DNA of 64,000 nucleotides from Actinobacteria bacterium UBA2184. GTDB lineage: Bacteria; Actinomycetota; Coriobacteriia; Anaerosomatales; Anaerosomataceae. The notes under the pieces are model-generated. The model had not been told where the DNA came from and searched no databases. It worked only from the letters and a program-made list of their open reading frames with translations. This document shows positions 9,045 through 18,380 of the stretch, one piece after another; position 1 is the stretch's first letter, and every line of letters begins with the position of its first letter. The DNA lies in assembly GCA_002328745.1 (NCBI GenBank), contig DCVQ01000027.1, forward strand, positions 3,753-67,752, in the 5' to 3' direction. The translations under genes were made by a program, and so were the position numbers.

Positions 9045-9764
9045 CTAGGCGTCGGTGCTCTTGAGGCTCGCCAGCCGCGCTTCCACCTCGACGTCGGTCT
9101 CCGCCGACTCCAGGTCCTCGAACTGCGCATCCAGCGAGGACGCCGCAAGCTCGGCCGCACCGCGTGCGCGGGCCTCCTCGCGACGGATCTTGTCCTCGAA
9201 ACGGCCGATCTCGCTCGTGGGATCCGTGAGGTCGACGGCCTTGATCGCGTCCTGCACCTGATTCTGCGCGTCGGCTACGCGCGCACGGGCGACCAGCTCG
9301 TCGCGCTTCGACTTCAGCTCGTCAAGCTTGCCCTTCATGCCGTCGAGACCGGCGCGAAGCTTGTCGACGACCACCGTCTGAGAATCGACCGTCGGCTTGA
9401 GCGACGCCTTCTCGTTTTCGAAGTCGATCTGCTTCTTGATCGCAAGGCGCGCGAGATTGTCGAACTTCTCCGCCTCGACGGTCTGCCCGCTCGCGCGCAT
9501 CTCGTCGGCCTTCGCGCTCGCCGCCTTGGCCTTGCTGCCCCACTCGGCCGCCGCGCGCTCGTCCTCACGCATGTCCTCTTCCATGAGGCGGAGTCCGCCG
9601 AGGGTCTGCGCCACCGCAGCTTCGGCTTCCCGGATGCTCTCGGTGTAGTCCCGGATCATCTGGTCGAGCATGATCTGCGGGTCCTCCGCAGCGTCGATCA
9701 GGTTGTGGATGTTGGCCCGCGCAAGTTGCGCGATCCTGCCGAGAATGGATTGCTGCGATGCCAT
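9045..9764 (-). CDS. pspA: PspA/IM30 family protein
   Basis: 239 aa from ATG 9764 (GGAGGGG SD). MASQQSILGRIAQLARANIHNLIDAAEDPQIMLDQMIRDY is the canonical PspA N-terminus, followed by coiled coil throughout. Confidence 0.88.
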   Translation of the reverse strand: MASQQSILGRIAQLARANIHNLIDAAEDPQIMLDQMIRDYTESIREAEAAVAQTLGGLRLMEEDMREDERAAAEWGSKAKAASAKADEMRASGQTVEAEKFDNLARLAIKKQIDFENEKASLKPTVDSQTVVVDKLRAGLDGMKGKLDELKSKRDELVARARVADAQNQVQDAIKAVDLTDPTSEIGRFEDKIRREEARARGAAELAASSLDAQFEDLESAETDVEVEARLASLKSTDA

Positions 9765-9810
9765 CGTGTCCCCTCCGTTTCGTGTCGCGGGGCTGGTGCC
9801 CCGTGATCTC

Positions 9811-11904
9811 CTAGAATCGGCCCTTCCCGCCTCGTCGTCCGCTCGAGGAGCGATTGCTGCTCGTTCTTCTCGAGCCCGACGAACTGCTCGTCGAGCGGCT
9901 GGAACCCGACGACCCGCCACCGGTCCGGCGGGACGAGGAACCTCCGAAGCTCGATCCGGCGGACGCGCCGCCGCTCATCCACGCCGCTGGTGGACGGTGC
10001 GAGGACTCGGCCCTGCCCGCCGCGGGGGCTACGGTCCCGCCCGACGCCGCGACGTCGCCCCGCGCGTAGCGGAGCGCGGACTCCGCGTACTGCTGAGCGG
10101 CCTGCGCCGCTGCGAGCGCGGCGGCCGGATCCGCAGCGATCAGCTGCACCGCCTGAGCCAGTCGCGACCTAGATTCAACCAGGCTCGAGCGCGCCTGGGC
10201 GTCCACGGCGCGAGCGCGTGTCGAGATGAACGACTCCGCCGTGACGATGCGGTCGCGCGCCGTCGACATCGTCGCATTCGCCGAGGAACGGGCGGCTGCG
10301 GCGCGCTCGGCCTCGTCGCGGGCCTCTGCGAGCACAACATCCACCTTGCCGGCGACCTCTCGGATCTTCGCGAGGTGCGCGGGCGGATCGAGCGGCGGCG
10401 ACGCGAGCGCGGCGCGGGCCGCGGCGACCGCCTCGCGGGCGCTCGCGACGAGGTCGGCGTGCGCTCCGCCACCGACCTGCGAGGCGGCGGCCTCGAGCTT
10501 CGCGGCCTCATCGGCTAGCGCCGTCTGTGCCGCCTTGAGCTGGTCGCCGGTCGTCGCGACCGCTGTGAGCAGCTGCTCCGCGGTGGCGGCGCCCTCCTCG
10601 GCGGCGCGGGCCGAGAGCGCCGCGGCGTTGCGGTCGCCCTTCGCGATCGCGTCGGTGCCCTTCGCGACGGCCTCGCGCGCGGCCGCCACGAGTGCGGCCG
10701 CCTCCTCGTCGTCATCGGCGACCTCGCCGAGCGCGTCGGCGAGGTACGCCTTCTTGAGCGCAGCGAGCGCATCGCGGGTCTTGGGGACCTCGGCTTCGAT
10801 CCGGTCAAGGCGCGTGGTTACCGCCGCGAGCACCTCATCCGCGCGGCCGGCGAGGTTGCGCAACCGGGAGAAGTTCTCGGCCTTCTCGTCGAGCCGCGCG
10901 TCCGCGGCGCCTGCGAGTTCGATGATCTTCTTGAGCAGGTTCCGACGATCGGCATCGGACTTCGGCTCGGAGTCGTAGAGCTTATGCTGCAGCCGGAAGG
11001 CCCCGGCGGCGTCGCGCCGGGACTCCTCCAACGCCGAGCGGAACTCGCCGATGGCCGCCGCGCCGAACTCGGCCTCGGCGAAGCCGAGCTCCTGCTCCGA
11101 CGTGCGCAGCGCGTCGTCGATTTCCACGAGGAGCTTCCCGGCGGTGGTCTCGAGCTCCTTGGTGCTCGGCTCGCCGGCCGGACCCGCGCCGCCGCCGCGC
11201 TTCTTGCGGCGCGAAGCGAAGAAGGCGGCCACGCCGCCGCCCGCGGCGAGAAGCCCGCCGGGGATCAGGCAGCTCCAGGGCGAGGAGCCGCCCGAGCCGT
11301 CCGACGTGGAGGCACCGGCACCCTCATCGGCCGCCTCGTCGAGCGCCGTGCGGAAGCCGTCTGCCGCGGCGGTCACCGCACCGGCCCACTCCTCATCGCG
11401 GAGCTTCGGTTCGATATCATCGCTCGCGATCGCCGCAAGCTGGCTGTCGGTGAGCGGGAAGTCACCGTCGACCGACCACGCGTACTGCCCGTCTCCCACG
11501 GCGACGGCGATCAGCACGTCCTTCACGCCGAGGCCATTGATGGAGGCGGCCTCGTCGGCCCAGTCGTTGGAGTCCATCCCGTCGAACGACCGCACGAACA
11601 CGACGAAGAGCTGCACGCCGTGCTCGCCCTCCAGGCGTTCGAGCGCCTCGTCCATCGCCTCGGTGTCGCTGCCGAGCACGCCGGCGTCATCGGTCACGAG
11701 GCCCGGGTCGAGGGACAACGGAGGCGCCGCGAGGGCCGCGCCGAAGGAGGACGTCCACACGATCGCCGCGCCGCACGCGACCAGGAAGACACGTAGCAGG
11801 GCCGCGCGGTGCGGAAGAGCACGCCGTAGCTGCTCCAATTCGAGCCACCTCCGTTGCAGTGAGCGAGGATCACGCGCGGACCGCGTTGTTCGCTTTGTAC
11901 CCAT
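9811..11904 (-). CDS. TPM-domain membrane protein with long Ala-rich coiled-coil and Ser/Gly/Arg tail
   Basis: Signal/TM, then a TPM phosphatase-like domain (VTDDAGVL...GVQLFVVFV...DVLIAVAVGDGQYAW), a TM segment, about 330 aa of helical repeats and an S/G/R-rich C-terminus. An alternative TTG start at 11838 is preceded by GGAGG. Confidence 0.75.
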   Translation of the reverse strand: MGTKRTTRSARDPRSLQRRWLELEQLRRALPHRAALLRVFLVACGAAIVWTSSFGAALAAPPLSLDPGLVTDDAGVLGSDTEAMDEALERLEGEHGVQLFVVFVRSFDGMDSNDWADEAASINGLGVKDVLIAVAVGDGQYAWSVDGDFPLTDSQLAAIASDDIEPKLRDEEWAGAVTAAADGFRTALDEAADEGAGASTSDGSGGSSPWSCLIPGGLLAAGGGVAAFFASRRKKRGGGAGPAGEPSTKELETTAGKLLVEIDDALRTSEQELGFAEAEFGAAAIGEFRSALEESRRDAAGAFRLQHKLYDSEPKSDADRRNLLKKIIELAGAADARLDEKAENFSRLRNLAGRADEVLAAVTTRLDRIEAEVPKTRDALAALKKAYLADALGEVADDDEEAAALVAAAREAVAKGTDAIAKGDRNAAALSARAAEEGAATAEQLLTAVATTGDQLKAAQTALADEAAKLEAAASQVGGGAHADLVASAREAVAAARAALASPPLDPPAHLAKIREVAGKVDVVLAEARDEAERAAAARSSANATMSTARDRIVTAESFISTRARAVDAQARSSLVESRSRLAQAVQLIAADPAAALAAAQAAQQYAESALRYARGDVAASGGTVAPAAGRAESSHRPPAAWMSGGASAGSSFGGSSSRRTGGGSSGSSRSTSSSSGSRRTSSNRSSSGRRGGKGRF

Positions 11905-12042
11905 ACGCGCGCTCGCGCGGGCGCGCTCTCGGCCGCGGGCGCGGCACGCACTCGGATTCTGGGCGCGGGGCGATGTTCCCTGCGTCTGGTCGCGTGCTTG
12001 TCATGGACCCAAGTCGGGTAACTAGGCGCCGGAGGGATATGC

Positions 12043-12741
12043 GTGCGACAGGGGGAGGCGATGATGCGTACCTTTCGTACGTTCGCGGTTCTCGTCGTGC
12101 TCGGGGGCGTGCTGTTGTTGCCGGCAGCGACCGCCTTCGGCGAGGACGCCGACGGAGCCGGACCGGCGGGCCGGTACAGCGGCTCCGCGGTCGGTGGCAA
12201 GGGCAAGCCGTTCGCGGTCACCGTCTACGTCAGCGAGGCAGGTGGTGATGACGTCGAAGTCACCGTCGTCACGCCCAAGGTGCCCATACCGATCAGCGTG
12301 ACGTCGGAGGCCAAGGTCGTGCCCGGCGGGTTCGATATCCCGGTGAGCATCTCGATCGATGCGGTCAAGCTCTCGGGTGACGGCGTGATCAGGCTGCGCC
12401 AGCGTGATGGCGGCGACTGGGTGCTCTACGGCAGCGGCTCCGGAAGCTTCGAGGGCAAGAGCGGCAAGGGAACCGCTTCGGCCAAGCGGACGGGCGCGTC
12501 GGCGAGCACGGGCGAGCAGGTGATCGGCGCGATCGAGGGGTTCTTGAGCTTCGGGGAGCCTGCGGCCGAGACCGTCAGGCGTCCAGAGCCCTACGACGAA
12601 GCCGACTGGGTCCGGACCGATGACGGCGCGGGCGAGTCGGAAGTGGGAGCCACCGAAGAATCCCAGCCGGTCGATCTCGTCGAACTCGGCATGATCATCG
12701 CCAGTCTGATCCTGCTCCTGGTCATCTTCTCTCTCCTGTAA
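12043..12741 (+). CDS. secreted, C-terminally membrane-anchored hypothetical protein
   Basis: 232 aa. GTG 12043 with GGAGGG 6 nt upstream (alternative ATG 12061/12064). Signal-like FAVLVVLGGVLLLPAATAFG and a terminal TM segment LGMIIASLILLLVIFSLL. Confidence 0.6.
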   Translation: MRQGEAMMRTFRTFAVLVVLGGVLLLPAATAFGEDADGAGPAGRYSGSAVGGKGKPFAVTVYVSEAGGDDVEVTVVTPKVPIPISVTSEAKVVPGGFDIPVSISIDAVKLSGDGVIRLRQRDGGDWVLYGSGSGSFEGKSGKGTASAKRTGASASTGEQVIGAIEGFLSFGEPAAETVRRPEPYDEADWVRTDDGAGESEVGATEESQPVDLVELGMIIASLILLLVIFSLL

Positions 12742-12752
12742 GGAGGTCAGCC

Positions 12753-13334
12753 GTGGACAACGCTGCAGTCATCTTGTACTGGGTGCGGTTCGGCATCGTC
12801 ATGCTCGTGCTGCTGTCGGCGCTGATCTCGCTGTTCAGGAGATCGCGCCGCAAGGCCGCCCGCCACGATCTCGTCGTGGGCCTCATCGGCGTTCTGCTCG
12901 TCGGCGGCGCCACGTACGTGGGTCGCGCTTCCGCGGACTACGTGCTGTCGGGCATCGGCGCCGGCGTCGGTCTGGTGATCGGGCTCGGGCTTGGCCGGAT
13001 GCGGCCGGTCGCCGCGCTGCTTGCGGCGCTCGCGTCTGTCTTCGCCGCGATCATGATCCTGTTCGGAGAGCCGGAGGCGGTCGGCGTCGGGCTGGCGGCG
13101 CTGGCGATCGCGGCCGTGATACCGCTCGGGCAGGGCATCCGAGGCACCGGCGTGAAGGAGCCGCAGCCACAGCCCGCCCCGCAGCCCGTGCCGCAGCCGC
13201 AACCCGCGCCACAGCCCGCCCCGCAGCCCGCCCCGCAGCCGGAACCCGCCCCGCAGCCCGCCCCGCAGCCGGAACCCGCGCCGGAGCCTGTGGCGGAGCC
13301 GACGCCGCAGCCGGTGCCGCCGCCTGTGGAGTGA
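12753..13334 (+). CDS. polytopic membrane protein with C-terminal (P-Q/A/E)n repeat tail
   Basis: 193 aa. GTG 12753 preceded by AAGGAGG. About 4 hydrophobic helices, then EPQPQPAPQPVPQPQPAPQPAPQPAPQPEPAPQPAPQPEPAPEP. Confidence 0.6.
   Translation: MDNAAVILYWVRFGIVMLVLLSALISLFRRSRRKAARHDLVVGLIGVLLVGGATYVGRASADYVLSGIGAGVGLVIGLGLGRMRPVAALLAALASVFAAIMILFGEPEAVGVGLAALAIAAVIPLGQGIRGTGVKEPQPQPAPQPVPQPQPAPQPAPQPAPQPEPAPQPAPQPEPAPEPVAEPTPQPVPPPVE
13161..13325 (+). repeat. coding low-complexity CCG-CAG-CCN tandem repeat (PQ/PA tail)
   Basis: Iterated ccgcagcccgcc / ccgcagccggaacccgcc units, read directly, inside CDS 12753..13334. Confidence 0.8.
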
Positions 13335-13463
13335 CGCCCTCGGGGCGATCCGGGCCGTCCTGCGTCCGTTCGCGGGCACATCCGCCGCTGACAGTCTGCC
13401 CTGGCGTGTGGGAGAATATGCGCGGTCGTCCGTCTGCCGTCTGACCCGGGGTTCCCATCGCCG

Positions 13464-14876
13464 ATGCTGTTCCCGACTGCTTCGTTTGCGGTGTTCTTCC
13501 TCGCCGTGTTCGTCGGCGGGTGGCTGCTCTTCTCCGGCAGGTCCTCCTGGCGCCTCTTCATGCTCGCGGCCAGCTACCTCTTCTGCGGCCTGTTCGACTG
13601 GGACTTCCTGTGGCTCTTCGCCGCCATCACCCTCGTCGGCTGGCTGTGCATCGTCGCGATCGAGACGCTCGGACCGCGCTCGCGCGGGGCGAGCGCGGTC
13701 GTCACGCTCGGCGTCGTTCTGCATGTGGGCGTGCTCGTCTACTTCAAGCAGCTCGGCTTCTTCGTGAACTCCGCGACCTCGCTCATGAAGACGCTCGGCG
13801 TCGAGACCGGCTGGACCGCGGTGCAGGTCGCTATCCCGGTGGGCATCTCGTATCTCACCTTCCGCGGCATATCGGCGATGGTGGATGTCTACCGCGGCGA
13901 CGCCCCGGCGCCCTCGCTGATCGACCACGCGCTGTTCATGGTCTTCTTCCCGTACGTCGCCGCCGGTCCGGTCGTCCGGCTCCGGGAGGTCGTGCCGCAG
14001 TGGCTCAAGCAGCGCTCCCCGTCGCGCATCCTCGCGACGCAGGGGTTCCTGCTGATCGCCGGCGGCCTCGTGAAGAAGATGCTCATAGCCGACTACCTCG
14101 CGCGGGTGGCGGTCGATGAGGTCTTCGCGATGCCGACGCTGTTCGGGTCGGTGGACGTGCTCGCCGGCGTCTACGCCTACGCGGCCCAGATCTACTGCGA
14201 CTTCTCGGGTTACACCGACATGGCGATCGGTATCGCGCTGCTGCTCGGCATCTCGCTGCCCCAGAACTTCGACGCGCCGTACGCGGCGCTCTCCATCCAG
14301 TCGTTCTGGCGGAAGTGGCATATCACGCTGTCGAGCTTCATCCGCGACTACATCTACATCCCGTTGGGCGGCAGTCGGAAGGGCGAGGCCCGCACGTACG
14401 TGAACCAGGTGGCCGCGATGGTCGTCGCAGGGTTGTGGCACGGCGCCGGTCTCACGTTCGCGATATGGGGCCTTCTGCACGGGGTCGGCCTGGCCACGGA
14501 GCGGTGGCTGCGCGTGCGCTTCGGCTCGAAGGACCGCCCGCTGTTGCCGGGGCCGGTCGCGTGGTTCGTGACGCTGCAGTTCGTCTGCCTGGGATGGATC
14601 TTCTTCCGGGCCGATTCGGTAGGGACGGCGTTTGCGGTGATCGGACGGATCTTCACGGCGTGGGACACCCCTGCCCGGCTGCCGGTAGCGGTCTGGGTGT
14701 TCGTTCTCGGCGTGGTCGCGGTCCAATTCATCCCCAAGGCTGCGCGTGCGCTTGGGCGCGAAGCGTTCTGGACGATCCGGCCCGCATGGCAAGGACTCGC
14801 GCTTGCGGTGGTACTGTTCGTGGTGTCCGCACTCGGTCCCGAAGGCCCGACTGCCTTCATCTACGCGGGGTTCTGA
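13464..14876 (+). CDS. MBOAT family O-acyltransferase (AlgI/PatA/DltB-like)
   Basis: 470 aa, polytopic. Signature FWRKWHITLSSFIRDYIYIPLGGSRKG ... GLWHGAG contains the catalytic His region. Confidence 0.88.
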   Translation: MLFPTASFAVFFLAVFVGGWLLFSGRSSWRLFMLAASYLFCGLFDWDFLWLFAAITLVGWLCIVAIETLGPRSRGASAVVTLGVVLHVGVLVYFKQLGFFVNSATSLMKTLGVETGWTAVQVAIPVGISYLTFRGISAMVDVYRGDAPAPSLIDHALFMVFFPYVAAGPVVRLREVVPQWLKQRSPSRILATQGFLLIAGGLVKKMLIADYLARVAVDEVFAMPTLFGSVDVLAGVYAYAAQIYCDFSGYTDMAIGIALLLGISLPQNFDAPYAALSIQSFWRKWHITLSSFIRDYIYIPLGGSRKGEARTYVNQVAAMVVAGLWHGAGLTFAIWGLLHGVGLATERWLRVRFGSKDRPLLPGPVAWFVTLQFVCLGWIFFRADSVGTAFAVIGRIFTAWDTPARLPVAVWVFVLGVVAVQFIPKAARALGREAFWTIRPAWQGLALAVVLFVVSALGPEGPTAFIYAGF

Positions 14877-14878
14877 GC

Positions 14879-15985
14879 ATGCCAGAGAGAATGCCATACT
14901 CGCGCGAGCCGGTCCCTTCTCCCGGGCCGCGGTCGGCGCGCCGATCGCACAAGACACCCGGCGAGCAGTCGCTCGGCATCGTGCTGAGGATCGTTCTGGT
15001 GGCGCTGATCGTGGGCGCGGTGCTCACCGGTGACCGCCTCGGGGCCACTGCCAGGGCGATGGAGTTCGGCCCCGCGCGTACCGTCGCGATGGTGGTGGCC
15101 GCTCCGGCCGAGTGGCTGAACCATCTGCTCGGTATCGACCGCATCCGCGTGGCGATCCGCGAGATCGCGACCGCCAGGCTCGAGCCGCAGCAGTCGCTCG
15201 GCGGCCGCCAGCCCGGGTCGGCCGAGACGACCGGAACGCCCTCGGGCGAGACCACAGGCACCGCGGGGGACACGGTTCCCGGCGAGACCCCGGCGGCGCC
15301 TCCGGTCGTGCCCGCCGGGCCCACGGTCCGCAACCCGAAGCCGACTGCGGAGTACCCGCTGACCGTCATGATTCATGGCGACTCCATGACCGAGGCGTTC
15401 GGCAAGTACCTCAAGAACGATCTCATCGCGACCGGGCTCGCGCAGGCGGTGCACGACTTCCGCTATTCGTCGGGGCTCGCGCGGCCGGACTTCTTCGACT
15501 GGCCGGGCTACCTCACCCAGACGATGGCCGAGCAGAACCCCGACGTGGTGGTGATGATGATCGGTGCCAACGACGGCCAGGACCTCAAGGTGAACGGCGT
15601 GTTCATGGCCTTCGGATCGCCCGAGTGGACCGAGCTGTATTCGACGCGCGTCGGGCAGGCGATGGACATCATGGCGGTGGAGGGCCGGCGCGTGTACTGG
15701 ATAGGCCTGCCGATCGCACGCTCGGAGACGTACTCGGCCAAGATGAAGACCCTCGACGCGGTGTACAAGGCAGAGGCCGACAAGCGGGACCTCGTCGAGT
15801 ACATCGACACCTGGGCGCTCTTCTCCACCGCGAGCGGGCAGTATACGGCCTATCTGCCGGACAGCAGCGGCGCGTCTCAGCTGATGCGTCGGGACGACGG
15901 CATCCACCTCACCGTGGCGGGGGCGACCTTCCTCACCGAGCACGTGATGGGGATCATCGCCGAGGACTACGACCTCACGCCGTAG
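14879..15985 (+). CDS. membrane-anchored SGNH/GDSL-type hydrolase (DUF459-like MBOAT partner)
   Basis: 368 aa from ATG 14879, 2 nt after the MBOAT stop. TM anchor, then SGNH blocks MIHGDSM, MMIGANDG, YWIGLP, DDGIHLT. The track start 14315 is read-through. Confidence 0.8.
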   Translation: MPERMPYSREPVPSPGPRSARRSHKTPGEQSLGIVLRIVLVALIVGAVLTGDRLGATARAMEFGPARTVAMVVAAPAEWLNHLLGIDRIRVAIREIATARLEPQQSLGGRQPGSAETTGTPSGETTGTAGDTVPGETPAAPPVVPAGPTVRNPKPTAEYPLTVMIHGDSMTEAFGKYLKNDLIATGLAQAVHDFRYSSGLARPDFFDWPGYLTQTMAEQNPDVVVMMIGANDGQDLKVNGVFMAFGSPEWTELYSTRVGQAMDIMAVEGRRVYWIGLPIARSETYSAKMKTLDAVYKAEADKRDLVEYIDTWALFSTASGQYTAYLPDSSGASQLMRRDDGIHLTVAGATFLTEHVMGIIAEDYDLTP

Positions 15986-16039
15986 GGCGACTCTCGTCAG
16001 CGGTGCCGGCAGCGTACGCGCCGGCGCCAGGTCACGTCG

Positions 16040-16426
16040 TCAGGCGACCGCCACCTGCACGTACGGGCGCAGGTTCTGGAGCAGCATGTGTCCGGGCTGG
16101 TCTTTCATGATGTAGCCGTCGGCGCCGCAGCTGCGCGTGATCTCGGCGAGGAACGGCTCCGGTTCGGACGAGTAGATGACGATCTTCATGTTCTGGTTGA
16201 TGACGTTGCGCTTCAGGATCGCGCACAGGTCATCGCCCTTGAGAGCGGGCATGTTGTAGTCGAGTAGCACGACGTCGGGCTCCTCGTTGCGTACGGTCGT
16301 GGCCACGCCGGCCCACTGCTCGCACGTGTGCACCTCGTGGCCCGCGTCGCGGAGCACGCGAGCGGTTGCGGCGAGGATGAAGGGCTCGTCGTCAACGAGA
16401 AGGATCTTCGCTTTACCGTTGCGCAT
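16040..16426 (-). CDS. stand-alone CheY-like receiver protein
   Basis: 128 aa from ATG 16426 (GGAGGG SD). KILLVDDEP, VVLLDYNMP (phospho-Asp), IVIYSS, YIMKD. Confidence 0.85.
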   Translation of the reverse strand: MRNGKAKILLVDDEPFILAATARVLRDAGHEVHTCEQWAGVATTVRNEEPDVVLLDYNMPALKGDDLCAILKRNVINQNMKIVIYSSEPEPFLAEITRSCGADGYIMKDQPGHMLLQNLRPYVQVAVA

Positions 16427-16650
16427 TGCAGCCCTCCGTACATCGTCATCGCACGCCGGTCGATGATCGGCTGTCCTATTCTTCGCTCGAAGCATGCCGT
16501 CTGCGCATCGGGGTTTCCCTGATTCGGGGGTGAGGGTTTTCCGACATTCGGAGGCAGGTATGCGCGAGCGGACTGCCGAACCGCCCGAGTGTGTTTCTGA
16601 GCGCACGCGCTATGCTGTGTCGTGGAGGACGGTGCGGACGCCGTGCGAAG

Positions 16651-17316
16651 ATGAGCATCAGGGTAGTGCTGGCCGACGATCACAAGATCATGCGCGACGG
16701 GCTGAAGAGCATGCTCGTCCGCCAGATGGACATCGAAGTCGTGGGCGAGGCGGAGACCGGCCGGGAAGCCCTCGACAAGGCGCGCGAGCTGTCGCCCGAC
16801 GTCGTTGTGATGGACATCGGCATGCGGGAGCTCAACGGCATCGATGCCACCAAGATCATGACTCGCGACCTGCCGAACGTGCGCGTCGTCGCTCTCTCCA
16901 TGCACTCCGACAGGCGTTACGTCTCCGAGATGCTCGCGGCCGGAGCAGCCGCGTACCTGCTCAAGGACAGCGCTTTCGACGAGCTCACCGTAGCCATCCG
17001 TGCTGTAGCGGCCGGGAGAACGTATCTGTCGGCAGGCATCACCGGCGTGGTGGTGGAAGACTACCTGCGACGACTCTCGGGCTCGGAGGGGAGTGTTGCG
17101 CCCGCGGCCGCCCGGGGGCTGTCCGCCCGGGAGCGCGAGGTGCTCCAGCTGATCGCGGAGGGGCTCTCCACCAAGGAGATCGCGGCCAAACTCCACCTGA
17201 GCGTCAAGACCGTCGAGACGCACCGGCGACAGATGATGGACAAGCTCGGCATCTTCAACATCGCGGGCCTCATCAAGTTCGCCGTTCGTGAAGGCCTCGC
17301 GTCCCTTGAAGACTGA
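16651..17316 (+). CDS. NarL/LuxR-family response regulator
   Basis: 221 aa. REC domain (VVLADDH, VVVMDIGM, ALSMHSD, YLLKD) plus LuxR HTH (EREVLQLIAEGLSTKEIAAKLHLSVKTVETHRRQMMDKLG). Confidence 0.9.
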   Translation: MSIRVVLADDHKIMRDGLKSMLVRQMDIEVVGEAETGREALDKARELSPDVVVMDIGMRELNGIDATKIMTRDLPNVRVVALSMHSDRRYVSEMLAAGAAAYLLKDSAFDELTVAIRAVAAGRTYLSAGITGVVVEDYLRRLSGSEGSVAPAAARGLSAREREVLQLIAEGLSTKEIAAKLHLSVKTVETHRRQMMDKLGIFNIAGLIKFAVREGLASLED

Positions 17317-18232
17317 TCCTTCCTGCGCAGCAGCGCCCTCCGTCGGCTGGCGTGCGTGCCTCCAGCGCGCGCGTGCTGCCGCGCTGCACCCGCTTGCCCC
17401 GTTGGCGGTGGTCGCTCCGCTGATCGTGATCTTCTGGATGACCGAATCCTTCGTGCATGTGGTGTTGTTCGACGCGGACTTCTGGGGCCAGGTCTTCCAT
17501 CCGGCGCCGCACGAGTTGTGGATGCGCGGACTGATGACTCTGGTGATGTTGCTGCTTGCGCTTGCGGGAAGTGCTCTCTCGCGGGAGCGCGCGCGGCGCA
17601 TCGAGCAGCTGGAATCGTACCAGCAGCGCCTCCGCGAGCTGACCGCACGTCTGGCGTACGCTGACGGCGACGAGCGTAGGGACCTCGCGAGCAGGCTCCA
17701 CGAAGGGGTGAGCCAGCAGCTTGCGGCGGCCCGCGTCTACCTCGGGAGCGTCGAGGCGACCGATGGCGAAGGACGCGAGGCGCTCGACCGGGCGGGCACG
17801 ATCCTGGAGTCCTCCCTCGCCGAGTGTCGCGAACTGGCCGGTGAGATCGCGCCTCCCGGTCTCGAGCACTACGGTCTGGGGGCCGCCCTCGAAGCGCTTT
17901 CGGCGCGGGTGAGACGCCGGACCGGAGCACGGGTGGAGATCACGGGAGCGGAGTCCGCGTTCCCGCTTGCGGCGGACGTTCAGCGGGTGGCGTTCCAGGT
18001 GATCGCCGAGATCATCGAATCCGCTGTGGCCGACCGGACCGTCCGGGCGCTCGCGCTCGAGTTCCGGCGCGAAGACGGCGCTCTCGCGGTGGGATTCCAC
18101 TGGGACGCACGAGGGCTCACGGACTACTTCTCGGTGCAGGAGCGCATCGGTGCGGTCGGCGGTCGTCTGTGCCTGGAGCCGTCGGGCCCGGACTCGCGCC
18201 TCACGCTGAGGGTGCCGCTCCCGGCCGCCTGA
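17288..18232 (+). CDS. HisKA_3-type sensor kinase homologue with degenerate ATP-binding domain
   Basis: Two N-terminal TM helices. H-box DERRDLASRLHEGVSQQL. The C-terminal domain lacks the N-box Asn and the DxGxG/GxG motifs (reads EIIESAV, FHWDARGL, FSVQERIGAVGG). The start is uncertain; GTG 17288 overlaps the RR gene by 29 nt. Confidence 0.6.
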   Translation: MKASRPLKTDPSCAAAPSVGWRACLQRARAAALHPLAPLAVVAPLIVIFWMTESFVHVVLFDADFWGQVFHPAPHELWMRGLMTLVMLLLALAGSALSRERARRIEQLESYQQRLRELTARLAYADGDERRDLASRLHEGVSQQLAAARVYLGSVEATDGEGREALDRAGTILESSLAECRELAGEIAPPGLEHYGLGAALEALSARVRRRTGARVEITGAESAFPLAADVQRVAFQVIAEIIESAVADRTVRALALEFRREDGALAVGFHWDARGLTDYFSVQERIGAVGGRLCLEPSGPDSRLTLRVPLPAA

Positions 18233-18380
18233 GTCCCGGGCGCGCCTTTCCTTACCACCTCTCGGGGATTCCCTGACGGGGTCGGGGCGTTTTCCGATGC
18301 ACCGCGCCCGGCCGGGCGCCGACCATCGTAGCGGGGAGACTCACTGCCGGCGTGCCGGCACCGCACACGATTGGACCCGG

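Noticed and set aside
13161-13325. Tandem repeats as a possible CRISPR or satellite; also 41420..41467 and 49749..50222
   Set aside because: All lie inside well-supported CDSs and keep the reading frame (PQ tail, QVAAQPAA linker, cytochrome modules). There is no repeat-spacer architecture and no cas genes.
12747-14957. 736-aa minus-strand ORF over the PQ-repeat and MBOAT genes; similar cases are 4634..6676, 52555..54801, 34213..36402 and 56675..58564
   Set aside because: All are antisense to genes with strong family signatures (MBOAT, Tdh and the ABC ATPase, RlmKL, the ABC exporter, the aminotransferase). They have no SD or motif support.
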